Virus record (IMG/VR): IMGVR_UViG_3300033153_007973
Span: 1-64,000 of that record
Direction: 5' to 3' (one strand)
Length of the DNA: 64,000 bases
DNA from: a virus
The position numbers were made by a program, and so were the translations under genes. Positions 1 through 9,350 of the stretch are shown in pieces (within the stretch, counting starts at the first letter, position 1; the number at the start of each line of letters is the position of its first letter). A model generated the notes under the pieces. The model was given only the letters and a program-made list of their open reading frames with translations. It made no database searches and was not told the DNA's origin.

Positions 1-540
1 TAATTGAGGAATAGCATTGAATGCAAGTAGTCGTGCGAGTCCTTTTACAACAGAGGTCTTACCGACACCAGTTTTACCAATAACAAATGGAACTCTGTTC
101 TTTCTAGCTATGCATGCTGCTAGTTGTGTGATTTCATGTAAGCGACCTACTATTGGTTCTTCTAGGGAGTCCAGGCACATGTTCCCTGGCATTTCTACCT
201 TTGATGCTACCCTTGTTCCACTCTCTGATAGAATGTAGCTGTATAAGTGGTTGCTTGTGTATTTAGCTATCTTAGCAGCAGCACATACGATATCAGTGCT
301 CTCTATTTCATTGGATAATCGGGATCTGGATATCGAACTAGCAACTAAGAGCACCTCATTCATGGTGGTCTTCTTGTTGCCGGCCTTAGTGGCGATTTCT
401 TTAAGCATGACATCATTATCTCCGAGTTGTTCGGTTCTTGTCATAGCATTCGAAATGCATCTTGTTAGTGAGTTAATCGTCTTTGGGGACGAGTCAAACT
501 CTCTTAATATTGCTTTTGCAAGCCTACTTACGCTCTCCAT
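1..540 (-). CDS. Clp-family AAA+ ATPase (ClpA/ClpC-like), N-terminal part; gene runs off the window start
   Basis: Minus-strand ATG at 538-540 with AAGGAG upstream. Translation gives Clp_N-like repeats then GRLHEITQLAACIARKNRVPFVIGKTGVGKTSVVKGLARLL, matching the ClpA/ClpB D1 Walker-A block. Not in the ORF track; the plus-strand track ORFs 17-238 and 251-556 are antisense to it. Confidence 0.6.
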   Translation of the reverse strand, partial: MESVSRLAKAILREFDSSPKTINSLTRCISNAMTRTEQLGDNDVMLKEIATKAGNKKTTMNEVLLVASSISRSRLSNEIESTDIVCAAAKIAKYTSNHLYSYILSESGTRVASKVEMPGNMCLDSLEEPIVGRLHEITQLAACIARKNRVPFVIGKTGVGKTSVVKGLARLLAFNAIPQL

Positions 541-552
541 GTTTTCTCCTTT

Positions 553-596
553 GTAAAAAGGGGGACACGAATGATACATTGACCATTCGTGTCCTC
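553..596 (-). terminator. Rho-independent terminator-like hairpin between the RNAP gene and the Clp ATPase gene
   Basis: 11-bp perfect inverted repeat GGACACGAATG/CATTCGTGTCC (565-596), followed on the minus strand by CCCCCTTTTTAC. Confidence 0.5.
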
Positions 597-607
597 CACT
601 GTGTCAG

Positions 608-3600
608 TTACTTCGACGTATCCGACATCACCATTGTGTTGCTTCTTGAAGCCATTTGAAGGAAGAGACTTACAATGCTCCCGTCATCACCTTGAGCCGC
701 TGCTCGATGGAGACTTATAACTCCTCCGCTCATTATGGAATGAGCAACTGGTGTTGTCCTTGCGCATATTACGCTGACGCCGGACTGCCACTTACCACCT
801 TTAAACATGCTTTCGACCACCTTCTGCGCGGTCTCTGGCAGGCGCACGAGCTTTGAGAGCTCGTCCTGCAGTTCCTGTCTTGGGACTGCTTCCAGTGACC
901 TTAGCATATTTGTTACTATATCTAGAGTAGCCTTTTGCCCTTCACTATTCTTACTGTTTAGAGCAGGCTGTGCGAGTGAATGGTAGAGATCATTTGCATA
1001 TGTAATCCCTACTCTACCATGATCTTGCACCATGATATTTCGCATGATATTACCAATGTTACCGGCATTTGCAGCACCTTCTTTCATAAATCTGAACTCG
1101 GCTGCTGCAGCTGCCTGACCTTTAACTATGTGCTCAATGCTGACTCTTCCCTTCATATACCTGTTGAAGTCAGCATTTTTCTCTTTGCTATATCTGTCGC
1201 GGATATCTCTCCAGTTTTCGCTGGTACCAGTGGACATTGAAAACCGAAAGTCTACTTTCCGCTTCATGAGATTTTCGCGGGGAGAGATTTTGAGCCCCTT
1301 TAAGGCTTTGGAACAAGAAAGCATGTTGAAATACTTGGCGATCCAGATTTTGCTCAAGTCTGCTTTTGCCTTTGCTCCTAATGGAGCATATGCAATCATT
1401 GTATCGCCATCAAAGTCACCATCGAAAACAGTAACTAATGCTGGATTGAAGCGAATTGTGTTTCCCTTCCATACTAGCATTCTCATGCCTGCTACGTTGT
1501 TTACCTGATGTGCCGGATTTCGGCTGATTAGGCATCTTGCCTTTTGGCGTTTCAGGATAGAATTAATGGATCCTGTTGTTAGGTCCATCCAGTCATCTTC
1601 CGGAATCATATAGGATTTTCGGAAATCGGCAGATGCACACCATTTCTTAAATAGCCGAATTGGAATCTCGCATGTTGTCATGTCTAGTTGTGGATTACCC
1701 GATATTACTGCATGGCAGCTTCTGATAACTCTTGGAAATGCCAGCATTCGGATTATACCTGTCTTCCTGAACAGACGCTTTGCGATACCATTCATTACCA
1801 TGTTGAACATTTGATTTGAGCGAGTTATCATACTTCGCTCTATCCATGGATTGTCATATCCTCCAGCTTTGTGCTTTTCGAAGTTCTGGAAGTATACGAG
1901 CAATGTGTTCAATGCGTTCTGAACATCCGAAACTGTGAAACTTCCATTATTGAGCATATGGGCTTTTAGCGTTTTCGGTACTCTGATGTACATTTCGCCA
2001 TCCGAGCACACATATACATCTTCGGTTTTCACTTTATCTCGGCCCATTCGTGCATTTCGCTCAAATTGGGTTGGGTCATATGATGGTACATTTATCGATC
2101 TTGCGAATGCACCTAAAATTAACTTCATGTCTTTTGGAACTCGAACATAGCCATTTGACTTTAGAAGCCGTGGATCTAGAACTGTTCTCTCACGTAGTTC
2201 TGATTCCACGATATCAGTTTCAGCTGTAAGTGCTGTTCGGTCGATTGCTGTATCGATCACAATCCCATCCATTTGCGATTTCGGCACCAAGAAGCCATTT
2301 CTGGATTTCTTAATAAATCCGCCTTCTAGTGTAAATCCGAAACATTGCATATGATCGATTGTCGCCTCTTCCGCTTGCGTTTTGCGTACTTCGAGGACTA
2401 TCTCTTTTATGAGCTCATCCGCATTAACAGAGTATAAGCTAAACATAACATCAGCAAGAGTATACATACCTTTACCGCGGGGAGCGACTCCTCTATAGTC
2501 CATTAGGACATCCCTGCTGGCCTTAGCCTTTGATTCGGCATGTTGTTCAAGTCGAAAGTATCTAACCCAACCATAGCCCACGTTTTCATACCAGCTACCA
2601 TTTGTCCAGTCTACAACTAGTGCTTCTCGAGGTAGTTTAACTTCTTTGAGTTTCTTCGTAGCATCTTTGAATGAAATGTCATTTGCCAAAAGGGGCATTT
2701 TGCCTTGTGTTGTCTTTCGGGCATATATGCTATACATTTCTTCAAGAATTCGACTCGGACAGCACCTTTTTCCGACATATGGTGGAACGATGATATCTAC
2801 TGGTTGATCATTTATCTTTGGCATATCTTTTCTTGGCAGGATTTTTGCCACAATAACCTTGTTGCCATGATGATCTGCCAGTTTGTCACCGATTGATAAT
2901 CTTAAGGGATAACTCGATTCAACTTGTATATACTTTACGTTTTCATCGGAGTCGTCTCCATTCTCGATTCTTATGTCCGTCACGATAGCTGTTCTCTGTA
3001 GAGATGATCGCATAGGTCCGGCTTTGCATTTCCCGAGGTGTCCTCTGTTTACATATGCATCTAGAGTGTTCACCGCGGAGCGGAACTTCTGGATCATCTC
3101 TGCAGGATTGATTCGCAGAGGTTGTACCGCCAATTCTGCATCTCTGGCTTTGAAGATATCATAGTGTTTGACAATTGTTATGAATTCTTCAGATGCTTCT
3201 TTCGAAATGACACAGCCATCTTCATGAGTATATCCATAATACTCCATTCTTGCTGCCAGAAGATTTCGACCATGGGGTCGGAATTCTGGCTCATCATTCA
3301 TGTCTGCTTCTGGATTTAACATGAGAGGAGGCTCATCGTAGAGTAACTCACATGCTTGTGTTGTATATCTGGCCACGACTTGTCTGTTCGGCGAGATATG
3401 TCGATGAAATGGGTTGTGAGCAAAGATCCAGCTTACTGGGTACTTACCATATGCAATGACATCTCCATCGCTAGTGATTTTGGTTCCCAAACTCAGGTGT
3501 ACTATCTCACCTGCTTTTCCGCTCTGTTGGGTATCACTCATGACAAGATATTCGTTATTGTAAATCTTTTCTGGAGCTCCAAATGGAAGCACAACCTTGC

Positions 3601-4234
3601 CTGCTACATCTCTAGCTTTTAGACGGCTAGGAATATACTCCATTCTGAGCGAGTTTTCGTTGGATACTATTCTTTGAAGCATACCCTGACTGATATTCTC
3701 ACATGCAAACTGATACAGCTTGGAGACTACTTTCTCGTATATCAGGGTATTCTTCCTTACGAGGCGCCATCGGGCAGCATTGTAGCACGATGGTAACGTA
3801 GTTGCGATAACTTTCTTGAATTCACTGAAGTTCAGATACCTGCTCTCTGGTATCCATCCGAAGGTTTGTTTAAACCTGGCTAATTCAGCATCACTGAATA
3901 CCGCACGTTGCAGTATTCTCTCGGTAGCTGTTCCATCGAACGTAGAAGCACGATGATGCTCATGTGGAATATGAAGCATCTTCTTTTCCCAGTTGTACTT
4001 AAGAAATTGTGTAATGGATACTTCTTGGTCATGTGTGATGCATACTGGTGATAACATTACATAATACGGTGGGATCATTCGGTCGTAGTCACGTGCCACG
4101 ACTCTCGCCTTCTTCTCTCCGCGCTTGGTGTTCGCAGTGATGTCGATTTTCATTTCGCCATCTTCGAATAATACACTTAGTTGCGCAGAAGCTCCCGTGG
4201 CGAATTCAACGTGCAGGTCGTTGAAACTCGTCAT
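608..4234 (-). CDS. DNA-directed RNA polymerase beta-prime-like catalytic subunit (phage multisubunit RNAP)
   Basis: 1208-aa ORF containing VFDGDFDGDTMIAY, i.e. the DFDGD metal-binding signature of the beta-prime double-psi beta-barrel. SD GGGAGGAAA precedes the ATG. Confidence 0.75.
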   Translation of the reverse strand: MTSFNDLHVEFATGASAQLSVLFEDGEMKIDITANTKRGEKKARVVARDYDRMIPPYYVMLSPVCITHDQEVSITQFLKYNWEKKMLHIPHEHHRASTFDGTATERILQRAVFSDAELARFKQTFGWIPESRYLNFSEFKKVIATTLPSCYNAARWRLVRKNTLIYEKVVSKLYQFACENISQGMLQRIVSNENSLRMEYIPSRLKARDVAGKVVLPFGAPEKIYNNEYLVMSDTQQSGKAGEIVHLSLGTKITSDGDVIAYGKYPVSWIFAHNPFHRHISPNRQVVARYTTQACELLYDEPPLMLNPEADMNDEPEFRPHGRNLLAARMEYYGYTHEDGCVISKEASEEFITIVKHYDIFKARDAELAVQPLRINPAEMIQKFRSAVNTLDAYVNRGHLGKCKAGPMRSSLQRTAIVTDIRIENGDDSDENVKYIQVESSYPLRLSIGDKLADHHGNKVIVAKILPRKDMPKINDQPVDIIVPPYVGKRCCPSRILEEMYSIYARKTTQGKMPLLANDISFKDATKKLKEVKLPREALVVDWTNGSWYENVGYGWVRYFRLEQHAESKAKASRDVLMDYRGVAPRGKGMYTLADVMFSLYSVNADELIKEIVLEVRKTQAEEATIDHMQCFGFTLEGGFIKKSRNGFLVPKSQMDGIVIDTAIDRTALTAETDIVESELRERTVLDPRLLKSNGYVRVPKDMKLILGAFARSINVPSYDPTQFERNARMGRDKVKTEDVYVCSDGEMYIRVPKTLKAHMLNNGSFTVSDVQNALNTLLVYFQNFEKHKAGGYDNPWIERSMITRSNQMFNMVMNGIAKRLFRKTGIIRMLAFPRVIRSCHAVISGNPQLDMTTCEIPIRLFKKWCASADFRKSYMIPEDDWMDLTTGSINSILKRQKARCLISRNPAHQVNNVAGMRMLVWKGNTIRFNPALVTVFDGDFDGDTMIAYAPLGAKAKADLSKIWIAKYFNMLSCSKALKGLKISPRENLMKRKVDFRFSMSTGTSENWRDIRDRYSKEKNADFNRYMKGRVSIEHIVKGQAAAAAEFRFMKEGAANAGNIGNIMRNIMVQDHGRVGITYANDLYHSLAQPALNSKNSEGQKATLDIVTNMLRSLEAVPRQELQDELSKLVRLPETAQKVVESMFKGGKWQSGVSVICARTTPVAHSIMSGGVISLHRAAAQGDDGSIVSLFLQMASRSNTMVMSDTSK

Positions 4235-4292
4235 TCGTTTCCTCCCAGAGTTTGGTATATTGGCTACAGATGAGCCATTGCTGATATTGTAA

Positions 4293-4688
4293 TTAATCCT
4301 CCTTTTTGAGCTGATCGATTTGTGTTTTTAGTTCGTTGATAATGTCTTCGTCGCCTAATCCGTAGTTTTGTAGCGTTTTTATAAATGCAGTAGATGCTTC
4401 TCTTAGTTTGCGAAGATCATCGAATATTTTCATTAGTCTTCGTCCTGCTATAAGAATATTTGGCCCAACTACTGATCTTGAGTTAAGACTTATTCTAATT
4501 TTCATACTTTCCATGCTACTAAATGATGTATTAATATGTACTTGCATATTTTCACACCATTTTATAACTGCTGCGAGAGTTGTTTGTTTCTCTCGTTTTC
4601 GGTGGGGATGGTTGATATTCAGTTTCTTGTCACTTGTGGGGTCAAATAATTGGCCATTTGGATCATTTTGTGCATGTTTTATTCTCAT
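4293..4688 (-). CDS. hypothetical protein with N-terminal QLFDP motif
   Basis: Track ORF in co-directional tight packing; N-terminus MRIKHAQNDPNGQLFDPTSD carries a variant of the LFDP motif family. Confidence 0.4.
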   Translation of the reverse strand: MRIKHAQNDPNGQLFDPTSDKKLNINHPHRKREKQTTLAAVIKWCENMQVHINTSFSSMESMKIRISLNSRSVVGPNILIAGRRLMKIFDDLRKLREASTAFIKTLQNYGLGDEDIINELKTQIDQLKKED

Positions 4689-4694
4689 AGTTTG

Positions 4695-5096
4695 TTACGA
4701 ATCTCTTTTTGTCCTTTCCCACTCTAGAATACGTGGCATTACTGCTATCTTAAATGCTGTGAGGAGTTTATCAACTCCTTGTGCTGTTACATCATTAGAA
4801 ATCATAGATCTTTCAAGTGTAGCTATAATCTCACACCAAATTTTATTATATGGATCGATTACTTCTCTGATGTTTGACACAGCAATTTTAAGGTTTAAGC
4901 CACTACTACAGAGTTCCATTCCACAAGTGTTAGTTGTTACTCTCACTCCGTTATCTAGGAACTCAATTCTTGCGCGGTTTTCTTTGCACCATTCTTGTGC
5001 GTCTTCTTCCTCTTTCGTCTCTGTCTTCTTCTCTTCTTTAACTTCTTTGATTGGTTCTCCTGGGATGGGGTCGAAGATGTTGTCAATATCGGGCAT
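4695..5096 (-). CDS. hypothetical protein with N-terminal DNIFDP motif
   Basis: Track ORF. N-terminus MPDIDNIFDPIPGEP. A second DDLFDPY is encoded just upstream in another frame (track ORF 4955..5155). Confidence 0.4.
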   Translation of the reverse strand: MPDIDNIFDPIPGEPIKEVKEEKKTETKEEEDAQEWCKENRARIEFLDNGVRVTTNTCGMELCSSGLNLKIAVSNIREVIDPYNKIWCEIIATLERSMISNDVTAQGVDKLLTAFKIAVMPRILEWERTKRDS

Positions 5097-5260
5097 ATGT
5101 CACCTCTGTATGGATCAAATAAGTCATCGTTACTTTTCAGGACTTTTGATCTCATTTTATTGCCTTCTTTAGTGCTAAGAATAGACAGAACGGCATGATG
5201 ATTATAACCACTACTGCAATAACTAGTATATTAGCTGATGGTGCTTCGCATTTTTCCATT

Positions 5261-5333
5261 TAGCAGGGACTGGATTCGAACCAGTGACCTAGTGGTTATG
5301 AGCCACTCAAGCTAACCTCTGCTCCACCCTGCT
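5261..5333 (-). tRNA. tRNA-Met (anticodon CAT; could also be an Ile-lysidine type)
   Basis: Manual cloverleaf: acceptor AGCAGGG/CCCTGCT, anticodon stem AGTGG/CCACT with loop CTCATAA, T-arm ACTGG-TTCGAAT-CCAGT. Confidence 0.7.
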
Positions 5334-5706
5334 GTTGTTTCTGTTTTAACTTGTGATATTCCTTGAAAGCATAAAGAAAAAGCATCTTCTAATGACAGCC
5401 AGTTGTGTGTGGATGCCGAGAGTAGCTACACATGATCTGGATTTCTCCAGTGTCGGAATTCACCGAACACCATGTCGTAAGTCTTTTGTCCTGACACATG
5501 ATAACCCGAGTTTAGTCACCTGGGTAGGGTGTGAGTCGTGATGTCGTGAGTCATAAGTCGTTATATTTGAGTCGTGGATCGCTAATGCGATACCAATCTG
5601 AATATAGGTTTCAGGCCTATTCCTCAGTGAGTTTGATCACGATATCGTTCGTGTCAAGGACGCTCTCTATTTCCTCTGTTTACATCACAGAAGATGCAGT
5701 TTTTGT

Positions 5707-6243
5707 CTAGTCGACCATGTTTGTGGTGGCATTTATCACTTCCAAACGCGATTCAATCTCGTCCAGAAGGTCCTGCCACGCACGCTGTTTCTTGCGCTTG
5801 TCGTCCTCGTTGAACATCGCCATGGCAGTGGGTGTTTTCTCGTTCTCCCGAGCACGCATGCTCAGACGACTCATGCGGCTTTCTGCTTCGTGCAGGTTCA
5901 GGGCGTTGTACGCCAGCGATACAAGGTTCTTGGTCTTCCTGCGGATGTACAGCAGATCAGCCAGAGAGTACTCTTTCCCTTGGATCGTGACTTTGACGGA
6001 CATGTTAGTTCGATCAATCTGGAGCTTCAGTCCGCGCATCTCACGTTCCATGCTTTCGACAGATTGGACAAGGGAAGCGACTTTGGCGGTCTGTTTCTCT
6101 TTTGTCTCGAACCGAGGGATCTCGGTAGAAACCACGGATGCATACTCCTGAATGTCAGTAGCTGTATCGTGACAGCGCTTCTCCAGGACCCGGAGTCTTT
6201 TCAGCCCCTCGATGATCTTTTCTGGTTTCTTCTCTTCTGGCAT
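5707..6243 (-). CDS. hypothetical coiled-coil protein
   Basis: 178-aa track ORF, charged and coiled-coil-like; no motif recognised. Confidence 0.4.
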   Translation of the reverse strand: MPEEKKPEKIIEGLKRLRVLEKRCHDTATDIQEYASVVSTEIPRFETKEKQTAKVASLVQSVESMEREMRGLKLQIDRTNMSVKVTIQGKEYSLADLLYIRRKTKNLVSLAYNALNLHEAESRMSRLSMRARENEKTPTAMAMFNEDDKRKKQRAWQDLLDEIESRLEVINATTNMVD

Positions 6244-6291
6244 TGTGTTCTCCTTTTAATCGTGATGTAATATAGCTGATACTTGACCATG

Positions 6292-6909
6292 TCAAGTCTT
6301 TTTCTTACGTTTTTCGAGTTCTCGCATTGTCTTTACTTTGTCCTCGACGAATTGTAGTTGCTCTTTAAGATCGTTTCTGACCTGTAGTAATAGTTCTGTT
6401 GAAACAACTTTGATCTTGTGTTCTTCTATAAATGCATGCATATCTTTAGCCTTATAGAAGTGCATCAAGAGATGCCATTTGTTATCTACTGTGTCTGGCA
6501 TAACGCTGGCTCTTACCTCAACCTTTCCGTTCTTGCTGTACCATGAAAAGTCGAATGAGTCTCTAACAAGTGGTCTGATTCCATCTATGACATACTTTGG
6601 TAGTGCTCGTCTTGTTCTGATAGTGAAGTTATGAAAATGAGGACTATATTCCCAAGTGAAGTATCTCATGACATCGTTGGAGAAGATGACTACCGATGCA
6701 ATCTTTAGTTTCTGCTGGATTATCTTGTGTTCTCGGGCACGGAGTGCATCCATATGTTTCTTTGCGGCACGGAACATGCCTCTGACAGTAAACCTTATAT
6801 CTTTGGACTGTGTTTTTGGCACTTTTTGCATACGAATATGTAACTCCCTTTCGTGATACAGTGTATCTGGATTATCCAGTGATGTCTGCACCAGAGCTCT
6901 TTCCACCAA
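6292..6909 (-). CDS. hypothetical protein
   Basis: 205-aa track ORF in the minus-strand operon. Confidence 0.4.
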   Translation of the reverse strand: MVERALVQTSLDNPDTLYHERELHIRMQKVPKTQSKDIRFTVRGMFRAAKKHMDALRAREHKIIQQKLKIASVVIFSNDVMRYFTWEYSPHFHNFTIRTRRALPKYVIDGIRPLVRDSFDFSWYSKNGKVEVRASVMPDTVDNKWHLLMHFYKAKDMHAFIEEHKIKVVSTELLLQVRNDLKEQLQFVEDKVKTMRELEKRKKKT

Positions 6910-6984
6910 TCTTTGATGTCATACTTCTTTAAGAACCACTTCATACGGAGTTTGGTCTTTAGGTTCATAAAAGATGCGACAACC

Positions 6985-7647
6985 TCACGGTATTTCTTCA
7001 ATAGGCACATGTAAGTCTTCCGGAGTGGTTTTGTAGATTTCGGAGCATTCTGGGCTCCAGGGTTCTTTGTATTCAATTTTGAGCTCCTTGCAAAGTTCTT
7101 GAATGAACGGTAGCCAACCTTTATACCATATATGAAGTATGTGGCTATCGCAAGTCTTCTGTATCAGGATGAACTCCCAATCATCATACAGGTTCGGTTT
7201 GCCTATGCTATCCGCGAAATCACGAAGTTTATCCATGATCCAATGAGCTACCCAATGTGCACCGCTGGTTTCCGTGGGCATGTTATCCTTGATATAGTCA
7301 TACAAAGCTCGAGCTTGTTTCCTATCGAGTTCATTTTCTCTCCGTAACTCAGTAACCTGCGACAAGAATGCTTTCTCTGTTTCCTCTTGGAGATATTGGG
7401 AGTTGACCAGATCCGGGAACAGCTTCTTCGACCAATAGTCGAAGCCGATCCTCGTGAGGAATTCCTTAATCCCGCAACCGCAGGATCCCCATGTATACAT
7501 ACCCTGTGTGTCAGCACAGGCAACAATGACTACACCACCTTGATAATCATCTCTCTTGAAGGGTTCAATTGATACACGCATTTCATCGAGCCATTTTCTC
7601 TGAATAACATATGTCTCTATTTGTTTTTTGGTGATTATTACGCTCAT
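6985..7647 (-). CDS. hypothetical protein
   Basis: 220-aa track ORF in the minus-strand operon. Confidence 0.4.
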   Translation of the reverse strand: MSVIITKKQIETYVIQRKWLDEMRVSIEPFKRDDYQGGVVIVACADTQGMYTWGSCGCGIKEFLTRIGFDYWSKKLFPDLVNSQYLQEETEKAFLSQVTELRRENELDRKQARALYDYIKDNMPTETSGAHWVAHWIMDKLRDFADSIGKPNLYDDWEFILIQKTCDSHILHIWYKGWLPFIQELCKELKIEYKEPWSPECSEIYKTTPEDLHVPIEEIP

Positions 7648-7971
7648 TTAAGCACTCCTACTGGATATCAGATATTTTGGTCCGGTCCATGTTACATCCC
7701 ATGGAGGTTGGTATATATTGCCTCTTGCATGTTTGGCTGGTCTTGTCCAGCATGCAGCTCTTAGGATGTCGCCATTTGATTTGTCAACAAAGCCCCAGAC
7801 GTGGCGACCATTTATGCCATCTTGCGTTACAATAAGCTTAATGTATTTGTTGCCTTCAGAGTGTCTAATTGCTTGTTCGCGTCCTATTGCTTCACATAGT
7901 AGTTTATCTATGTGTTCTACAAGGCGAGAGAGTGCTGCATCGAATTCAAGGTTTCTTTGGATTGATCTCAC
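7648..7971 (-). CDS. hypothetical protein
   Basis: 107-aa track ORF abutting its neighbours. Confidence 0.35.
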   Translation of the reverse strand: MRSIQRNLEFDAALSRLVEHIDKLLCEAIGREQAIRHSEGNKYIKLIVTQDGINGRHVWGFVDKSNGDILRAACWTRPAKHARGNIYQPPWDVTWTGPKYLISSRSA

Positions 7972-8426
7972 ATACGATCCTTTAACATATAAAGTGCAAA
8001 TCTATATTTGTCCTTAAGTGTGCCTTCTTTGAGATCAGACATGTTGTGTTCGATATCGCAGATTTTAATAATTCTAGCGATATTGTGGCAGTCAACTTTT
8101 TGGATGAAGTCAAAATAGTTCTCTCCTTTGTCTTTCTCTCGAGTTAGACATACAACAGTATCAACAATTTCATCAGAGAATTCATCTTGCAGGTTTTCTT
8201 TAGTGTATTCTGTATCTTCGATAACATCATGGAGCCACGCTGCAGCTACTGCTCGATTAATCTGAATGGTGCCGTATATGCCTCTTTCCTTCATCCTTCT
8301 CTGAACTTCCTTTGCTACAGCTTCAGGATGTGTCCAATATGGACATGGGCAGACTAGTGTCTTGCGCATTTGATTCATATGCGCAAGCTTGGCAAACTTT
8401 TCTGCTCTTTCGGTTAGGTTACTCAT
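7968..8426 (-). CDS. HD-domain hydrolase resembling RelA/SpoT-type small alarmone (p)ppGpp hydrolase
   Basis: AHMNQMR...PYWTHPEAVA...AAWLHDVIEDT matches the SpoT/Mesh1 HD motif (H..H-D..D; LHDvvEDT). Confidence 0.6.
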   Translation of the reverse strand: MSNLTERAEKFAKLAHMNQMRKTLVCPCPYWTHPEAVAKEVQRRMKERGIYGTIQINRAVAAAWLHDVIEDTEYTKENLQDEFSDEIVDTVVCLTREKDKGENYFDFIQKVDCHNIARIIKICDIEHNMSDLKEGTLKDKYRFALYMLKDRM

Positions 8427-9328
8427 TTCTTCTCCTTTATGAGTTGCTGTGCAAAATACTTAACTTCTTTATCTGTCCATGTGTTTTTGCACATGTTATA
8501 CATTAAACAAACTAGCTGTACATTGTCTTTTGTATATCCTTCACTGGGGTTGATTTGATCTATTGATGCTGACCATGGTGATCTAGCACCAACTTGTCTG
8601 CCAGTATCGTTTAATACAAAGGATATGCCAGTTCTCGCACATGAGCAATTTTGCTTACGCAGGAGACCTACTATGAAGTCGGTCGTTATGTTACATGGCA
8701 TCCCGTGCTTCTTTGCCCTGCAGATCGCACCCTTCGCTGTGTAGCTTAGGTTTAGCTCAATGGGTGTCTTCCACTTCCTTCCTTCAGAGAATTTGCGGTT
8801 CCTTTTGTGGGACTCTGATTCATGCTGCTTCCTGCATTTCTCTGAGCAGGTTAGTGGATGCGTAGGTGCGTTATACTCAAAGTCCTTGCCACAAATCTGA
8901 CAAACTGTCTTCTTTATCTTCCAGCGACCCTTCTTGCATCTATTTTCTTGTTGGAAGCAGCCACAACTTTTGGCTGATCCTTGTCGTAGATAGTCTCCTC
9001 TAACTCTTTTTGTGTTTCCACAGTCACATTTGCAAAGCCAGGCTGGTGATTTGGTTATGAGACCATCTCTCTTGATGACAACAAGTCTTCCAAATCTTGT
9101 GTCTGTTAATATCAGGATTCCACCTGCTCTGCATCCACAAGATTTTGTGTGCCCGTTTCTGAGCTTGCTCGTGACTACTTCAGTTTCTCCGCCACAGTCG
9201 CATTTGCAGATCCACGTTTTGCGTTTCTGCCCGTTCTTGTAGGTCTTTCCTGACCCTTCTTTAACAGTCTTCAGATGTCCAAATGTTTGTCCTATCATGG
9301 TGGTGCCTCCTAGATAGGAGTGTACCAC
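8423..9328 (-). CDS. HNH homing endonuclease with repeated zinc-ribbon modules
   Basis: Repeated WxCKCDCG Cys clusters. C-terminal SIDQINPSEGYTKDNVQLVCLMYNMCKN resembles the HNH_3 catalytic motif. Confidence 0.55.
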   Translation of the reverse strand: MVHSYLGGTTMIGQTFGHLKTVKEGSGKTYKNGQKRKTWICKCDCGGETEVVTSKLRNGHTKSCGCRAGGILILTDTRFGRLVVIKRDGLITKSPAWLCKCDCGNTKRVRGDYLRQGSAKSCGCFQQENRCKKGRWKIKKTVCQICGKDFEYNAPTHPLTCSEKCRKQHESESHKRNRKFSEGRKWKTPIELNLSYTAKGAICRAKKHGMPCNITTDFIVGLLRKQNCSCARTGISFVLNDTGRQVGARSPWSASIDQINPSEGYTKDNVQLVCLMYNMCKNTWTDKEVKYFAQQLIKEKK

Positions 9329-9350
9329 ACATTCTAGTCATTGTCAACGG

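Noticed and set aside
17-556. Plus-strand track ORFs 17..238 and 251..556
   Set aside because: They are antisense to a well-supported minus-strand Clp ATPase N-terminal region with a Walker-A block and SD. They have odd composition and no start context.
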